A stretch of DNA of 64,000 nucleotides, taken from positions 136,558-200,557 of the forward strand of contig CALFZO010000006.1 of NCBI GenBank assembly GCA_937952305.1. Reading direction: 5' to 3'. Below, piece after piece: positions 61,337 to 64,000 of the stretch. This DNA is from an uncultured Anaerolineales bacterium (GTDB lineage: Bacteria > Chloroflexota > Anaerolineae > Anaerolineales > UBA6663). A program made the position numbers and the translations under genes. The notes under the pieces were generated by a model, which worked only from the letters and a program-made list of their open reading frames with translations, made no database searches and was not told the DNA's origin. Position 1 is the stretch's first letter; every line of letters starts with the position of its first letter.

Positions 61337-63676
61337 ATGACTGAGGCCTACAACGAGCTCCCGAAAATCCTGTCGCTGTATCTGCAGATCACGCAGTATC
61401 CGATCTTGGCGCACCAGATCCGGCGGCGGATGCGCGAGGAGCTGTACCGGCGCGGCGTGATCACGCCAGCCCGGCTGGAGCAGGAGGCGCGGGACAAGGC
61501 CGTGGTCTCGCAGCTGCGCGAGGGCCTGACCGATCCGTTCGGCGAAGAGGACTCGGCCGCCTGGGAGCAGCGCCTGCAGCAGATCCGCGACCACCTGACC
61601 GACTTCTACTTCGCGTACAACCTGCCGCTCGAGCTGTTCCATCGCATCGTGGAGGAGCTGCTGGCCGGCCGGCGCGGCCCAGAGCCGGAGAAAGCGCCGT
61701 CCTGGGACGAGATCACGCTGACTTTCAACCCAGAGCTGGCGCCCGTGGACCTGCTCATCCGCAAGATCGAGCAGTACACCAACCTGCCGGCCGAGGAGCA
61801 GCAGCACGTCCGGCACCACATCGAGGAGATGAGCGTCGTCCTGATCAAGGCCCTGATCAGCGACCAGCTCAGCTTTGTGGGGGTGGCCAAGAAGTGGCTG
61901 GAGGCCAGCGACTTTCACTTCATCCTCAGCCGGCGCATCGGCAGCGGCAAAATCGGCGGCAAGGCGGCCGGCATGCTGCTGGCCTGGAAGATCCTGCAGA
62001 AGGCGACGCCGGAGCTGGCGCCGCAGATCCAGGTGCCGCGCTCGTTCTTCATCGGCGCCGACGTCTTCTACGACTACCTGGCCCTCAACAAGGTCGAGTA
62101 CATCAACCAGAAGTACAAGCCGGCCGACCAGATCCGGGATGAGTACCCGCAGATCCGGGCCGAGTACGAGCAGGGCCGCTTCCCGGAAGAAATCGCCGAC
62201 GCCCTGCGCGACATCCTGCGCCAGGTGGGCGACCGGCCGCTGATCGTGCGCTCGTCCAGCCTGCTGGAGGACAACTTCGGCACCTCCTTCGCCGGCAAGT
62301 ACGACAGCTTCTTCTGCCCCAACCAGGGCACGCTCAAGGAGAACCTGCGCGACCTGACGCTGGCCATCCGCCGCATCTACGCCAGCGTCTACAGCCCGGA
62401 CGCCCTGATCTACCGCCGCCGCATGGGCCTGTTGGACTACGACGAGCGCATGGCCATCCTGCTCCAGGAAGTGCAGGGCGACCGCTACCAGGACTACTTC
62501 TTCCCGACGCTGGCGGGCGTGGCCCTCAGCCGCAGTCCGATCGTGTGGAGCCCGCGCCTGCGCCGCGAAGAGGGCTTCGTGCGGCTGGTGCTCGGGCTGG
62601 GAACGCGGGCCGTGGAGCGCGTCGGCGAGGACTACCCGCGCCTGCTCTTCCTCAGCCACCCGCAGCTGCGCCCGGAGAACACGCCGACCGCCGTCGCGCA
62701 TTACTCGCAGCGCTTCCTGGACGTGATCGACCTGGAGGCCAACCGGCTGGTGACGCTGCCGGTGCAAGAGGTGCTGGACGTGGACTTCCGGCCGCTGCGC
62801 TGGGTGGCCTCGCTCCAGGAGGACGACGCGCTGCTGCCGCTGCGCAGCCTGGGGCCGCGCGTCACCCCGGACCGGCTGGTGCTCACCTTCGATACGCTGC
62901 TCCAGCGCACCGACTTCGTGCCGCTGGTGAAGAGCGCCCTGAGCACCCTGGCCAGACACTACGGTTTTCCGGTGGACGTGGAGTTCGCGGCCGAGATCGA
63001 GCCCACCCTCACCGGGGGCCGGCCCAATGTCGCCTTCTACCTGTTGCAGTGCCGGCCGCAGAGCACCGGGTCGCGCGGCGAAAACATCCGCCCGGTGCCG
63101 ACCAACATCCCGGCCGGCGACCGGTTGTTTGCGACCTCGCGCATGGTGCCCCAGGGCCAGGTGCTGGGGGTGACCCACCTGGTTTACGTCCAGCCGGAAG
63201 CCTATGACCGCGCCGACGCGCGCGGACGCCAGGCGATCGCGCGCCTGATTGGCCACCTCAACAAGGCCCTGGAGGGCCGGACCTTCCTGCTCATCGGGCC
63301 GGGGCGCTGGGGCTCCTCCAACCCGCAGCTGGGCGTGCCGGTGACGTACGCCGACATCTACAACACTCGCGCCCTGGTGGAGATCGCCTTCGGGCGCGGC
63401 GACGCGGCGCCCGAACCGTCTTACGGCACGCACTTCTTCCAGGACCTGGTGGAGACCAACATCTTCCCGCTGGCCCTCTACCCGGACGAACCCGAGGACC
63501 TGCTCAACCGCGCCTTCCTGGACCAGGCCACCAACCGGCTGGCGGAGGTGCTGTCCGGCCAGGCCGCCTTCACCGACGAGGTCCGCGTGATCCATCTCCC
63601 GGCCGAGCTGAACGGCCGCCAGCTCAACCTGCTGATGGACGGTGAACGAGCGCTGGCCTACTTCGTGGACCACTGA
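61337..63676 (+). CDS. PPDK_N (PEP/pyruvate-binding, ATP-grasp) domain protein without phosphohistidine swivel or TIM domains, paralog B
   Basis: 779 aa with IGGKAAGMLLAWKIL, PLIVRSSSLLEDNFGTSFAGKYDSFF, LLQCRPQS and GPGRWGSSNPQLGV...EPSYGTHFFQDL. It is collinear with paralog A from about residue 150 onward. Confidence 0.8.
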   Translation: MTEAYNELPKILSLYLQITQYPILAHQIRRRMREELYRRGVITPARLEQEARDKAVVSQLREGLTDPFGEEDSAAWEQRLQQIRDHLTDFYFAYNLPLELFHRIVEELLAGRRGPEPEKAPSWDEITLTFNPELAPVDLLIRKIEQYTNLPAEEQQHVRHHIEEMSVVLIKALISDQLSFVGVAKKWLEASDFHFILSRRIGSGKIGGKAAGMLLAWKILQKATPELAPQIQVPRSFFIGADVFYDYLALNKVEYINQKYKPADQIRDEYPQIRAEYEQGRFPEEIADALRDILRQVGDRPLIVRSSSLLEDNFGTSFAGKYDSFFCPNQGTLKENLRDLTLAIRRIYASVYSPDALIYRRRMGLLDYDERMAILLQEVQGDRYQDYFFPTLAGVALSRSPIVWSPRLRREEGFVRLVLGLGTRAVERVGEDYPRLLFLSHPQLRPENTPTAVAHYSQRFLDVIDLEANRLVTLPVQEVLDVDFRPLRWVASLQEDDALLPLRSLGPRVTPDRLVLTFDTLLQRTDFVPLVKSALSTLARHYGFPVDVEFAAEIEPTLTGGRPNVAFYLLQCRPQSTGSRGENIRPVPTNIPAGDRLFATSRMVPQGQVLGVTHLVYVQPEAYDRADARGRQAIARLIGHLNKALEGRTFLLIGPGRWGSSNPQLGVPVTYADIYNTRALVEIAFGRGDAAPEPSYGTHFFQDLVETNIFPLALYPDEPEDLLNRAFLDQATNRLAEVLSGQAAFTDEVRVIHLPAELNGRQLNLLMDGERALAYFVDH

Positions 63677-63863
63677 CCGCCCCGGTTGCAGGCGCCGGCG
63701 CGTATTCGACAGTCAAGGAGCGGCGGACCGCCTCGACTCCGGGCCCCAACCGGTTGGCGGCGCCGGCGGGCGGCCGCTGACTCGCCCGCGGCTATGACTC
63801 GTTGTATACTCGGCCCAATCCGAGCGCCGGCCCAACCTATCTCACGCCTCCCAGACTCCGACC

Positions 63864-64000
63864 ATGAAGTTCTCGTGCCTGCAAGAAAACTTAGCTAAAG
63901 GTCTCAGCCTCGTCTCGCGCGCGGTAGCGGCTCGCAGCACCTTGCCCGTGCTCGGCAATATCCTGCTGGCCGCGGACAACGGCCGTCTGCGCCTGTCCGC
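63864..64000 (+). CDS. dnaN: DNA polymerase III beta sliding clamp (partial, N-terminus only)
   Basis: Own translation from ATG 63864: MKFSCLQENLAKGLSLVSRAVAARSTLPVLGNILLAADNGRLRLS, a typical DnaN N-terminus. It runs off the window. Confidence 0.8.
   Translation, partial: MKFSCLQENLAKGLSLVSRAVAARSTLPVLGNILLAADNGRLRLS

Noticed and set aside
61280-63673. 797-aa minus-strand ORF antisense to PPDK_N paralog B (and the analogous 578-aa frame at 47556-49292)
   Set aside because: The composition is low-complexity Arg/Gly/Gln/His, while the opposite strand carries clear ATP-grasp motifs. Its similarity to the antisense frame of paralog A only reflects nucleotide conservation of the real genes.
63677-63863. 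Replication origin / DnaA boxes upstream of dnaN
   Set aside because: No TTATCCACA-like 9-mers and no AT-rich unwinding element are visible, and dnaA is not adjacent.

Overview
This is a very GC-rich bacterial chromosomal segment. The gene content and Pro/Thr-linker-rich secreted proteins suggest a Chloroflexota-like organism, but that is a low-confidence inference. I support 56 protein-coding genes and found no rRNA, tRNA, CRISPR array, transposase or integrase. Many long ORFs in the six-frame track are antisense shadow frames of real genes, and several real genes start well inside the listed ORF. I re-set those starts from RBS/ATG context. Most of the window is housekeeping or accessory metabolism:
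- M16 peptidase pair, ugd, recF, an HtrA-like protease and a DnaJ/CbpA-like protein
- azlC/azlD, SDRs, an LLM-class oxidoreductase, a GPH symporter and an M19 dipeptidase
- CBS protein plus FprA-type reductase, a split gatC-gatA...gatB set, an aminotransferase, gdhA, and the start of dnaN

The most interesting locus is a minus-strand cluster at about 47.5-61.2 kb. A GAF histidine kinase and an OmpR-type regulator are followed by seven tightly packed flavin/FeS genes: NuoE-like, NuoF-like, a NuoG-N-terminal-like ferredoxin, an HdrA-MvhD fusion, an FrhB-family protein, a GXGXG protein and a ferredoxin-fused glutamate-synthase FMN-domain protein. The window contains no HdrBC, no hydrogenase or formate dehydrogenase catalytic subunit, no GltD and no glutamine amidotransferase. 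Two inverted paralogs of a PPDK_N (ATP-grasp) protein without a phosphohistidine domain bracket the locus. I do not recognise this combination as a characterised enzyme. I interpret it as a possible bifurcation-type electron-input chain feeding a GltS-like reductase.

Secondary items:
- two tandem paralogs with a cytoplasmic ComEA-type HhH domain, one TM helix and an extracytoplasmic beta-sandwich, in a run with a C39-like/TPR protein, a Ser/Thr-kinase-LuxR fusion and an orphan CpaF-like ATPase
- a 1152-aa protein with four lamin-tail domains and OB-like domains
- a 1109-aa secreted protein whose N- and C-terminal CBM-like domains are near-identical at nucleotide level
- apparent leaderless promoter-start arrangements
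- two structured intergenic regions

All family assignments come from motif recognition by eye. None was checked against a database.
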